Positions 11,904 through 22,330 of a DNA stretch of 22,330 nucleotides are shown here, piece by piece. How positions within the stretch are numbered: position 1 is the first letter of the stretch; each line of letters starts with the position of its first letter. The DNA comes from Utricularia gibba (Eukaryota; Plantae; Magnoliophyta). The notes below the pieces were generated by a model, which was not told the DNA's origin, made no database searches, and was given only the letters and a program-made list of their open reading frames with translations. Both the position numbers and the translations under genes were made by a program. Location of the stretch: positions 1 through 22,330 of the forward strand of contig NEEC01000469.1 of NCBI GenBank assembly GCA_002189035.1, read 5' to 3'.

Positions 11904-12596
11904 CATCGGGTCCTACTCAACGAAAATCGTGATGCAGTTATTGAAGTTAGGATATCATGAGCACCCAAAAGGGTTTTCTCAACCGCATGCTTTATATTTG
12001 ATAAGGCACTCTCGTGGGGCAACGGTATCGAGCAGGAGGTCGAGTCGAGCTCGGTCCCAGAGTCATTTGTAGCCCGGCAAAAAAATTGATGCATTTATTA
12101 ACGTTCGGCTTTATTAGGCTGCCTACATAGTTTCTCAAGGAAAAGCTTGTCGTTTCTGGGCGGGTGATGTCTTTTGGAACTTCGTTCTGACCATAGGTTC
12201 GTTCTGACTCCTTTGCCACATCGGGTCCTACTCGACGAAAATCGTGATGCAGTTATTGAAGTTAGGATATCATGAGCACCCAAAATGGTTTTCTCAACCG
12301 CATGCTTTATATTTGATAAGGCACTCTCGTGGGGCAACGGTATCGAGCAGGAGGTCGAGTCGAGCTCGGGCCCAGAGTCATTTGTAGCCCGGCAAAAAAA
12401 TTGATGCATTTATTAACGTTCGGCTTTATTAGGCTGCCTACATAGTTTCTCAAGGAAAAGCTTGTCGTTTCTGGGCGGGTGATGTCTTTTGGAACTTCGT
12501 TCTGACCATAGGTTCGTTCTGACTCCTTTGCCACATCGGGTCCTACTCGACGAAAATCGTGATGCAGTTATTGAAGTTAGGATATCATGAGCACCC

Positions 12597-12626
12597 AAAA
12601 TGGTTTTCTCAAAAATGGTTTTCTCA
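12597..12626. repeat. Exact 15-bp tandem duplication (aaaatggttttctca x2) inside monomer M41
   Basis: The sequence reads aaaatggttttctca aaaatggttttctca accg; all other monomers examined carry one copy. Confidence 0.9.
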
Positions 12627-15600
12627 ACCGCATGCTTTATATTTGATAAGGTGCTCTGTGGGCAACGGTATCGAGCAGGAGGTCGAGTCGAGCTCGGGCC
12701 CATAGTCATTTGTAGCTCGGCAAAAAACTTGATGCATTTATTAACGTTGGAATTGGCCGCCTATGGTTTTCTCAAGGAAAAGCTTGTCGTTTTTGGCGGG
12801 TGATGTCTTTGGAACTTCGTTCTGACCATAGGTTCGGTCTGACTCCTTTGCCACATCGGGTCCTACTCGACGAAAATCGTGATGCAGTTATTGAAGTTAG
12901 GATATCATGAGCACCCAAAATGGTTTTCTCAACCGCATGCTTTATATTTGATAAGGCACTCTCGTGGGGCAACGGTATCGAGCAGGAGGTCGAGTCGAGC
13001 TCGGGCCCAGAGTCATTTGTAGCCCGGCAAAAAAATTGATGCATTTATTAACGTTCGGCTTTATTAGGCTGCCTACATAGTTTCTCAAGGAAAAGCTTGT
13101 CGTTTCTGGGCGGGTGATGTCTTTTGGAACTTCGTTCTGACCATAGGTTCGGTCTGACTCCTTTGCCACATCGGGTCCTACTCAACGAAAATCGTGATGC
13201 AGTTATTGAAGTTAGGATATCATGAGCACCCAAAAGGGTTTTCTCAACCGCATGCTTTATATTTGATAAGGCACTCTCGTGGGGCAACGGTATCGAGCAG
13301 GAGGTCGAGTCGAGCTCGGTCCCAGAGTCATTTGTAGCCCGGCAAAAAAATTGATGCATTTATTAACGTTCGGCTTTATTAGGCTGCCTACATAGTTTCT
13401 CAAGGAAAAGCTTGTCGTTTCTGGCGGGTGATGTCTTTTGGAACTTCGTTCTGACCATAGGTTCGGTCTGACTCCTTTGCCACATCGGGTCCTACTCGAC
13501 GAAAATCGTGATGCAGTTATTGAAGTTAGGATATCATGAGCACCCAAAATGGTTTTCAACCGCATGCTTTATATTTGATAAGGCACTCTCGTGGGGCAAC
13601 GGTATCGAGCAGGAGGTCGAGTCGAGCTCGGGCCCAGAGTCATTTGTAGCCCGGCAAAAAAATTGATGCATTTATTAACGTTCGGCTTTATTAGGCTGCC
13701 TACATAGTTTCTCAAGGAAAAGCTTGTCGTTTCTGGGCGGGTGATGTCTTTTGGAACTTCGTTCTGACCATAGGTTCGGTCTGACTCCTTTGCCACATCG
13801 GGTCCTACTCGACGAAAATCGTGATGCAGTTATTGAAGTTAGGATATCATGAGCACCCAAAATGGTTTTCTCAACCGCATGCTTTATATTTGATAAGGCG
13901 CTCTCGTGGGGCAACGGTATCGAGCAGGAGGTCGAGTCGAGCTCGGGCCCAGAGTCATTTGTAGCCGGCAAAAAATTGATGCATTTATTAACGTTGGTTT
14001 TATTAGGCTGCCTACATAGTTTTCTCAAGGAAAAGCTTGTCGTTTCTGGGCGGGTGATGTCTTTTGGAACTTCGTTCTGACCATAGGTTCGGTCTGACTC
14101 CTTTGCCACATCGGGTCCTACTCGACGAAAATCGTGATGCAGTTATTGAAGTTAGGATATCATGAGCACCCAAAATGGTTTTCTCAACCGCATGCTTTAT
14201 ATTGATAAGGCACTCTCGTGGGGCAACGGTATCGAGCAGGAGGTCGAGTCGAGCTCGGGCCCAGAGTCATTTGTAGCCCGGCAAAAAAATTGATGCATTT
14301 ATTAACGTTCGGCTTTATTAGGCTGCCTACATAGTTTCTCAAGGAAAAGCTTGTCGTTTCTGGGCGGGTGATGTCTTTTGGAACTTCGTTCTGACCAAGG
14401 TTCGGTCTGACTCCTTTGCCACATCGGGTCCTACTCAACGAAAATCGTGATGCAGTTATTGAAGTTAGGATATCATGAGCACCCAAAAGGTTTTCTCAAC
14501 CGCATGCTTTATATTTGATAAGGCACTCTCGTGGGGCAACGGTATCGAGCAGGAGGTCGAGTCGAGCTCGGTCCCAGAGTCATTTGTAGCCCGGCAAAAA
14601 AAATGATGCATTTATTAACGTTCGGCTTTATTAGGCTGCCTACATAGTTTCTCAAGGAAAAGCTTGTCGTTTCTGGCGGGTGATGTCTTTTGGAACTTCG
14701 TTCTGACCATAGGTTCGGTCTGACTCCTTTGCCACATCGGGTCCTACTCGACGAAAATCGTGATGCAGTTATTGAAGTTAGGATATCATGAGCACCCAAA
14801 ATGGTTTTCTCAACCGCATGCTTTATATTTGATAAGGCTCTCGTGGGGCAACGGTATCGAGCAGGAGGTCGAGTCGAGCTCGGCCCAGAGTCATTTGTAG
14901 CCGGCAAAAAATTGATGCATTTATTAACGTTGGTTTTAATTAGGCTGCCTACATAGTTTTCTCAAGGAAAAGCTTGTCGTTTTTGGGCGGGTGATGTCTT
15001 TTGGAACTTCGTTCTGACCAAGGTTCGGTCTGACTCCTTTGCCACATCGGGTCCTACTCGACGAAAATCGTGATGCAGTTATTGAAGTTAGGATATCATG
15101 AGCACCCAAAATGGTTTTCTCAACCGCATGCTTTATATTTGATAAGGCACTCTCGTGGGGCAACGGTATCGAGCAGGAGGTCGAGTCGAGCTCGGGCCAG
15201 AGTCATTTGTAGCCCGGCAAAAAAATTGATGCATTTATTAACGTTCGGCTTTATTAGGCTGCCTACATAGTTTCTCAAGGAAAAGCTTGTCGTTTCTGGC
15301 GGGTGATGTCTTTGGAACTTCGTTCTGACCATAGGTTCGGTCTGACTCCTTTGCCACATCGGGTCCTACTCGACGAAAATCGTGATGCAGTTATTGAAGT
15401 TAGGATATCATGAGCACCCAAAATGGTTTTCTCAACCGCATGCTTTATATTTGATAAGGCACTCTCGTGGGGCAACGGTATCGAGCAGGAGGTCGAGTCG
15501 AGCTCGGCCCAGAGTCATTTGTAGCCCGGCAAAAAAATTGATGCATTTATTAACGTTCGGCTTTATTAGGCTGCCTACATAGTTTCTCAAGGAAAAGCTT

Positions 15601-18600
15601 GTCGTTTCTGGCGGGTGATGTCTTTTGGAACTTCGTTCTGACCATAGGTTCGTTCTGACTCCTTTGCCACATCGGGTCCTACTCGACGAAAATCGTGATG
15701 CAGTTATTGAAGTTAGGATATCATGAGCACCCAAAATGGTTTTCTCAACCGCATGCTTTATATTTGATAAGGCTCTCGTGGGGCAACGGTATCGAGCAGG
15801 AGGTCGAGTCGAGCTCGGGCCCATAGTCATTTGTAGCTCGGCAAAAAACTTGATGCATTTATTAACGTTTGTTTTAATTGGCTGCCTACATGGTTTTCTC
15901 AAGGAAAAGCTTGTCGTTTTGGCGGGTGATGTCTTTTGGAACTTCGTTCTGACCAAGGTTCGGTCTGACTCCTTTGCCACATCGGGTCCTACTCGACGAA
16001 AATCGTGATGCAGTTATTGAAGTTAGGATATCATGAGCACCCAAAATGGTTTTCTCAACCGCATGCTTTATATTTGATAAGGCACTCTCGGGGCAACGGT
16101 ATCGAGCAGGAGGTCGAGTCGAGCTCGGGCCCAGAGTCATTTGTAGCCCGGCAAAAAAATTGATGCATTTATTAACGTTCGGCTTTATTAGGCTGCCTAC
16201 ATAGTTTCTCAAGGAAAAGCTTGTCGTTTCTGGCGGGTGATGTCTTTTGGAACTTCGTTCTGACCAAGGTTCGGTCTGACTCCTTTGCCACATCGGTCCT
16301 ACTCGACGAAAATCGTGATGCAGTTATTGAAGTTAGGATATCATGAGCACCCAAAATGGTTTTCTCAACCGCATGCTTTATATTTGATAAGGCTCTCGTG
16401 GGGCAACGGTATCGAGCAGGAGGTCGAGTCGAGCTCGGGCCCAGAGTCATTTGTAGCCGGCAAAAAACTTGATGCATTTATTAACGTTCGGTTTTAATAG
16501 GCTGCCTACATAGTTTTCTCAAGGAAAAGCTTGTCGTTTCTGGGCGGGTGATGTCTTTTGGAACTTCGTTCTGACCAAGGTTCGGTCTGACTCCTTTGCC
16601 ACATCGGGTCCTACTCGACGAAAATCGTGATGCAGTTATTGAAGTTAGGATTCATGAGCACCCAAAATGGTTTTCTCAACCGCATGCTTTATATTTGATA
16701 AGGCTCTCGTGGGGCAACGGTATCGAGCAGGAGGTCGAGTCGAGCTCGGGCCCAGAGTCATTTGTAGCCCGGCAAAAAATTGATGCATTTATTAACGTTC
16801 GGCTTTATTAGGCTGCCTACATAGTTTTCAAGGAAAAGCTTGTCGTTTCTGGGCGGGTGATGTCTTTTGGAACTTCGTTCTGACCAAGGTTCGGTCTGAC
16901 TCCTTTGCCACATCGGGTCCTACTCGACGAAAATCGTGATGCAGTTATTGAAGTTAGGATATCATGAGCACCCAAAATTTTTCTCAACCGCATGCTTTAT
17001 ATTTGATAAGGCACTCTCGTGGGGCAACGGTATCGAGCAGGAGGTCGAGTCGAGCTCGGCCCAGAGTCATTTGTAGCCCGGCAAAAAAATTGATGCATTT
17101 ATTAACGTTCGGCTTTATTAGGCTGCCTACATAGTTTCTCAAGGAAAAGCTTGTCGTTTCTGGGCGGTGATGTCTTTTGGAACTTCGTTCTGACCATAGG
17201 TTCGGTCTGACTCCTTTGCCACATCGGGTCCTACTCGACGAAAATCGTGATGCAGTTATTGAAGTTAGGATATCATGAGCACCCAAAAGGTTTTCTCAAC
17301 CGCATGCTTTATATTTGATAAGGCACTCTCGTGGGGCAACGGTATCGAGCAGGAGGTCGAGTCGAGCTCGGCCAGAGTCATTTGTAGCCGGCAAAAAATT
17401 GATGCATTTATTAACGTTCGGCTTTATTAGGCTGCCTACATAGTTTCTCAAGGAAAAGCTTGTCGTTTCTGGGCGGGTGATGTCTTTTGGAACTTCGTTC
17501 TGACCATAGGTTCGGTCTGACTCCTTTGCCACATCGGGTCCTACTCGACGAAAATCGTGATGCAGTTATTGAAGTTAGGATATCATGAGCACCCAAAATG
17601 GTTTTCTCAACCGCATGCTTTATATTTGATAAGGCACTCTCGTGGGGCAACGGTATCGAGCAGGAGGTCGAGTCGAGCTCGGGCCCAGAGTCATTTGTAG
17701 CCGGCAAAAAAATTGATGCATTTATTAACGTTCGTTTTATTGGCTGCCTACATGTTTCTCAAGGAAAAGCTTGTCGTTTCTGGGCGGGGATGTCTTTGGA
17801 ACTTCGTTCTGACCATAGGTTCGGTCTGACTCCTTTGCCACATCGGGTCCTACTCGACGAAAATCGTGATGCAGTTATTGAAGTTAGGATATCATGAGCA
17901 CCCAAAATGGTTTTCTCAACCGCATGCTTTATATTTGATAAGGCACTCTCGTGGGGCAACGGTATCGAGCAGGAGGTCGAGTCGAGCTCGGGCCCAGAGT
18001 CATTTGTAGCCCGGCAAAAAATTGATGCATTTATTAACGTTCGGCTTTATTAGGCTGCCTACATAGTTTTCTCAAGGAAAAGCTTGTCGTTTCTGGCGGG
18101 TGATGTCTTTTGGAACTTCGTTCTGACCATAGGTTCGGTCTGACTCCTTTGCCACATCGGTCCTACTCGACGAAAATCGTGATGCAGTTATTGAAGTTAG
18201 GATATCATGAGCACCCAAAATGGTTTTCTCAACCGCATGCTTTATATTTGATAAGGCACTCTCGTGGGGCAACGGTATCGAGCAGGAGGTCGAGTCGAGC
18301 TCGGTCCCAGAGTCATTTGTAGCCCGGCAAAAAAATTGATGCATTTATTAACGTTCGGCTTTATTAGGCTGCCTACATAGTTTCTCAAGGAAAAGCTTGT
18401 CGTTTCTGGGCGGGTGATGTCTTTTGGAACTTCGTTCTGACCATAGGTTCGGTCTGACTCCTTTGCCACATCGGGTCCTACTCGACGAAAATCGTGATGC
18501 AGTTATTGAAGTTAGGATATCATGAGCACCCAAAATGGTTTTCTCAACCGCATGCTTTATATTTGATACCTCTCTGGGGCAACGGTATCGAGCAGGAGGT

Positions 18601-21566
18601 CGAGTCGAGCTCGGTCCCAGAGTCATTTGTAGCCCGGCAAAAAAATTGATGCATTTATTAACGTTCGGCTTTATTAGGCTGCCTACATAGTTTCTCAAGG
18701 AAAAGCTTGTCGTTTCTGGCGGGTGATGTCTTTTGGAACTTCGTTCTGACCATAGGTTCGTCTGACTCCTTTGCCACATCGGGTCCTACTCGACGAAAAT
18801 CGTGATGCAGTTATTGAAGTTAGGATATCATGAGCACCCAAAATGGTTTTCTCAACCGCATGCTTTATATTTGATAAGGCTCTCGTGGGGCAACGGTATC
18901 GAGCAGGAGGTCGAGTCGAGCTCGGGCCCATAGTCATTTGTAGCCGGCAAAAAATTGATGCATTTATTAACGTTGGTTTTACCGCCTACATGGTTTCTCA
19001 AGGAAAAGCTTGTCGTTTCTGGGCGGGTGATGTCTTTTGGAACTTCGTTCGACCAAGGTCGGTCTGACTCCTTTGCCACATCGGGTCCTACTCGACGAAA
19101 ATCGTGATGCAGTTATTGAAGTTAGGATATCATGAGCACCCAAAATGGTTTTCTCAACCGCATGCTTTATATTTGATAAGGCACTCTCGTGGGGCAACGG
19201 TATCGAGCAGGAGGTCGAGTCGAGCTCGGGCCCAGAGTCATTTGTAGCCGGCAAAAAATTGATGCATTTATTAACGTTCGGCTTTTATTAGGCTGCCTAC
19301 ATAGTTTCTCAAGGAAAAGCTTGTCGTTTCTGGGCGGGTGATGTCTTTTGGAACTTCGTTCTGACCCAAGGTTCGGTCTGACTCCTTTGCCACATCGGGT
19401 CCTACTCGACGAAAATCGTGATGCAGTTATTGAAGTTAGGATATCATGAGCACCCAAAATGGTTTTCTCAACCGCATGCTTTATATTTGATAAGGCACTC
19501 TCGTGGGGCAACGGTATCGAGCAGGAGGTCGAGTCGAGCTCGGGCCCAGAGTCATTTGTAGCCCGGCAAAAAAATTGATGCATTTATTAACGTTCGGCTT
19601 TATTAGGCTGCCTACATAGTTTCTCAAGGAAAAGCTTGTCGTTTCTGGGCGGGTGATGTCTTTGGAACTTCGTTCTGACCATAGGTTCGGTCTGACTCCT
19701 TTGCCACATCGGGTCCTACTCGACGAAAATCGTGATGCAGTTATTGAAGTTAGGATATCATGAGCACCCAAAATGGTTTTCTCAACCGCATGCTTTATAT
19801 TTGATAAGGCACTCTCGTGGGGCAACGGTATCGAGCAGGAGGTCGAGTCGAGCTCGGCCCAGTCATTTGTAGCCCGGCAAAAAAATTGATGCATTTATTA
19901 ACGTTCGGCTTTATTAGGCTGCCTACATAGTTTCTCAAGGAAAAGCTTGTCGTTTCTGGGCGGGTGATGTCTTTTGGAACTTCGTTCTGACCATAGGTTC
20001 GGTCTGACTCCTTTGCCACATCGGGTCCTACTCGACGAAAATCGTGATGCAGTTATTGAAGTTAGGATATCATGAGCACCCAAAATGGTTTTCTCAACCG
20101 CATGCTTTATATTTGATAAGGTGCTCTCGTGGGGCAACGGTATCGAGTAGGAGGTCGAGTCGAGCTCGGGCCCATAGTCATTTGTAGCTCGGCAAAAAAC
20201 TTGATGCATTTATTAACGTTTTTAATTGGCTGCCTAATGGTTTTCTCAAGGAAAAGCTTGTCGTTTTGGCGGGTGATGTCTTTTGGAACTTCGTTCTGAC
20301 CATAGGTCGGTCTGACTCCTTTGCCACATCGGGTCCTACTCGACGAAAATCGTGATGCAGTTATTGAAGTTAGGATATCATGAGCACCCAAAATGGTTTT
20401 CTCAACCGCATGCTTTATATTTGATAAGGCACTCTCGTGGGGCAACGGTATCGAGTCGAGTCGAGCTCGAGAGTCATTTGTAGCCCGGCAAAAAAATTGA
20501 TGCATTTATTAACGTTCGGCTTTATTAGGCTGCCTACATAGTTTCTCAAGGAAAAGCTTGTCGTTTTGGGCGGGTGATGTCTTTTGGAACTTCGTTCTGA
20601 CCATAGGTTCGGTCTGACTCCTTTGCCACATCGGGTCCTACTCGACGAAAATCGTGATGCAGTTATTGAAGTTAGGATATCATGAGCACCCAAAATGGTT
20701 TTCTCAACCGCATGCTTTATATTTGATAAGGCACTCTCGTGGGGCAACGGTATCGAGCAGGAGGTCGAGTCGAGCTCGGCCCAGAGTCATTTGTAGCCCG
20801 GCAAAAAAATTGATGCATTTATTAACGTTCGGCTTTATTAGGCTGCCTACATAGTTTCTCAAGGAAAAGCTTGTCGTTTCTGGGCGGTGATGTCTTTTGG
20901 AACTTCGTTCTGACCATAGGTTCGGTCTGACTCCTTTGCCACATCGGGTCCTACTCGACGAAAATCGTGATGCAGTTATTGAAGTTAGGATATCATGAGC
21001 ACCAAAATGGTTTTCTCAACCGCATGCTTTATATTTGATAAGGCACTCTCGTGGGGCAACGGTATCGAGCAGGAGGTCGAGTCGAGCTCGCCCAGAGTCA
21101 TTTGTAGCCCGGCAAAAAAATTGATGCATTTATTAACGTTCGGCTTTATTAGGCTGCCTACATAGTTTCTCAAGGAAAAGCTTGTCGTTTCTGGGCGGGT
21201 GATGTCTTTTGGAACTTCGTTCTGACCATAGGTTCGGTCTGACTCCTTTGCCACATCGGGTCCTACTCAACGAAAATCGTGATGCAGTTGTTGAAGTTAG
21301 GATATCATGAGCACCCAAAATGGTTTTCTCAACCGCATGCTTTATATTTGATAAGGCACTCTCGTGGGGCAACGGTATCGAGCAGGAGGTCGAGTCGAGC
21401 TCGGTCCCAGAGTCATTTGTAGCCCGGCAAAAAAAGATGCATTTATTAACGTTCGGCTTTATTAGGCTGCCTACATAGTTTCTCAAGGAAAAGCTTGTCG
21501 TTTCTGGGCGGGTGATGTCTTTTGGAACTTCGTTCTGACCATAGGTTCGTTCTGACTCCTTTGCCA

Positions 21567-22330
21567 CATCGGGTCCTACTCGACGAAAATCGTGATGCAG
21601 TTATTGAAGTTAGGATATCATGAGCACCCAAAATGGTTTTCTCAACCGCATGCTTTATATTTGATAAGGCACTCTCGTGGGGCAACGGTATCGAGCAGGA
21701 GGTCGAGTCGAGCTCGGGCCCAGAGTCATTTGTAGCCCGGCAAAAAAAATTGATGCATTTATTAACGTTCGGCTTTATTAGGCTGCCTACATAGTTTCTC
21801 AAGGAAAAGCTTGTCGTTTCTGCGCGGGTGATGTCGTTGGAACTTCGTTCGGACCCAAGGTTCTGTCTGACTCCTTTGCCACATCGGGTCCAACTTGACG
21901 AAAATCGTGATGCAGTTATTGACGTTAGGATTTCATGAGCACCCAAAATGCTTTTTCAATCGCATGCTTTGTAGTTTAGGAGGCGCTCTAGTGGGGCACG
22001 GTATCGGGCAAAAGGTCGAGTCGGGCTCGCTCCCAGAGTCGTTTGTAGCCCGACAAAAATATTGATGCATTTATTAACGTTCGCGCTATTAGGCTGCCTA
22101 CATAGTTTCTCAAGGAAAAGCTTATCGTTTCTGGGCGGGTGATGTCGTTGGGAACTTCGTTCGGACCCAAGGTTCTGACTGACTCCTTTGCCACATCGGG
22201 TCCTACTCGACGAAAATTGTGATGCAGTTATTGAAGTTAGGATGTCATGAGCACCCAAAATGGTTTTCTCAACCGCATGCTTTATATTTGAGGAGGCGCT
22301 CTCGTGGGGCAACGGTATCGAGTAGGAGGT
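21567..22330. repeat. Third (truncated) occurrence of the C'/E/F cassette of the nonamer HOR
   Basis: ctgcgcgggtgatgtcgttggaacttcgttcggacccaagg at ~21820, an E monomer at 21882-22193 nearly identical to 5023-5334, and an F start (aaaattgtg, ggatgtcatg, tttgaggaggcgc) at 22194. Confidence 0.88.

Larger units (their letters stand above)
9395..21566. repeat. Homogenised satellite domain (M31-M69) dominated by C-type monomers, with a ~1.26-kb tetramer periodicity (D-C-C'-C)
   Basis: Monomers differ mainly at a few biallelic sites. D-type monomers start at 10021, 11275, 12534 (spacing 1254, 1259) and 20019, with partial D-like monomers in between. C' monomers start at 10649, 11904, 13169, 14422. 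Confidence 0.72.
1..22330. repeat. Tandem satellite DNA array, ~315-bp monomer, 71 full copies + partial, all in the same orientation (candidate centromeric/pericentromeric satellite)
   Basis: The anchor catcgggtcc (variant aatctggtcc) recurs at 1, 317, 629, 945, 1254, 1569, 1881, 2199, 2514, 2830, 3140, 3456, 3768 ... 21567, 21882, 22194; mean spacing 22193/71 = ~312.6 bp. No non-repeat sequence interrupts the array. The centromeric role is inferred only from unit size and organisation. Confidence 0.98.

Noticed and set aside
12534-18777. Apparent 10-monomer spacing of strong D monomers (M41, M51, M61)
   Set aside because: Intervening monomers do not match at lag 10; partial D monomers fit the lag-4 phase better.
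7836-21882. E monomers at M17, M26 and M71: the gap of 45 equals 5 x 9, suggesting the nonamer register persists
   Set aside because: There is a 1-in-9 chance coincidence. D and C' markers in between follow a period of 4, not 9.
26-22312. About 140 ORFs of 60-184 aa in the six-frame track
   Set aside because: All are translations of the same monomer in different frames. They fuse and switch frame at random indels, show no recognisable domain, and variants are mostly non-synonymous.
1-22330. CRISPR array or prokaryotic repeat system
   Set aside because: There are no unique spacers: the entire 315-bp unit is repeated, and no cas or other genes are present.
1-22330. 5S rDNA, tRNA/SINE or snRNA tandem array
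   Set aside because: No 5S coding sequence, Pol III A/B/C boxes in correct arrangement, cloverleaf or Sm site recognised. The internal 157-bp dimer structure fits a satellite instead.
1-22330. Assignment to a named satellite (e.g. CentO, CentC, CentBd or other ~155-160-bp plant repeats)
   Set aside because: Only the subunit length is similar. I do not recognise the sequence and cannot run a database search.
1-22330. Telomeric repeats, LTR/TIR ends or target-site duplications
   Set aside because: No TTTAGGG, TTAGGG or TTAGG arrays, no TG...CA-bounded element and no non-satellite insertion were seen.

Overview
The whole 22,330-bp window is one uninterrupted, head-to-tail, single-orientation tandem satellite DNA array: 71 complete monomers plus a partial 72nd. 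The consensus monomer is 315 bp and ~47% GC; observed lengths are 302-320 bp. It is eukaryotic heterochromatin/centromere-type sequence. I find no credible protein-coding gene, RNA gene, transposon or CRISPR array, and all listed ORFs are translations of the repeat unit. The interest lies in its architecture. (1) Each 315-bp monomer is a diverged dimer of ~157+158-bp subunits. (2) The monomers form several higher-order repeat (HOR) layers: a hexamer HOR of alternating monomer classes (1-3767, 2 copies), a nonamer HOR (3768-9394, 2 copies differing in the ninth monomer), and a homogenised domain with an underlying tetramer periodicity (9395-21566). The nonamer's diagnostic cassette returns at the right edge. 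(3) Recombinant monomers mark the domain junctions. (4) Many small deletions fall at polymorphic sites or homopolymers, suggesting long-read consensus artefacts in ~13.5-21.5 kb. Monomers were numbered by hand (M1 starts at 1, phase 'catcgggtcc'). I cannot assign the satellite to a named family or species from memory.
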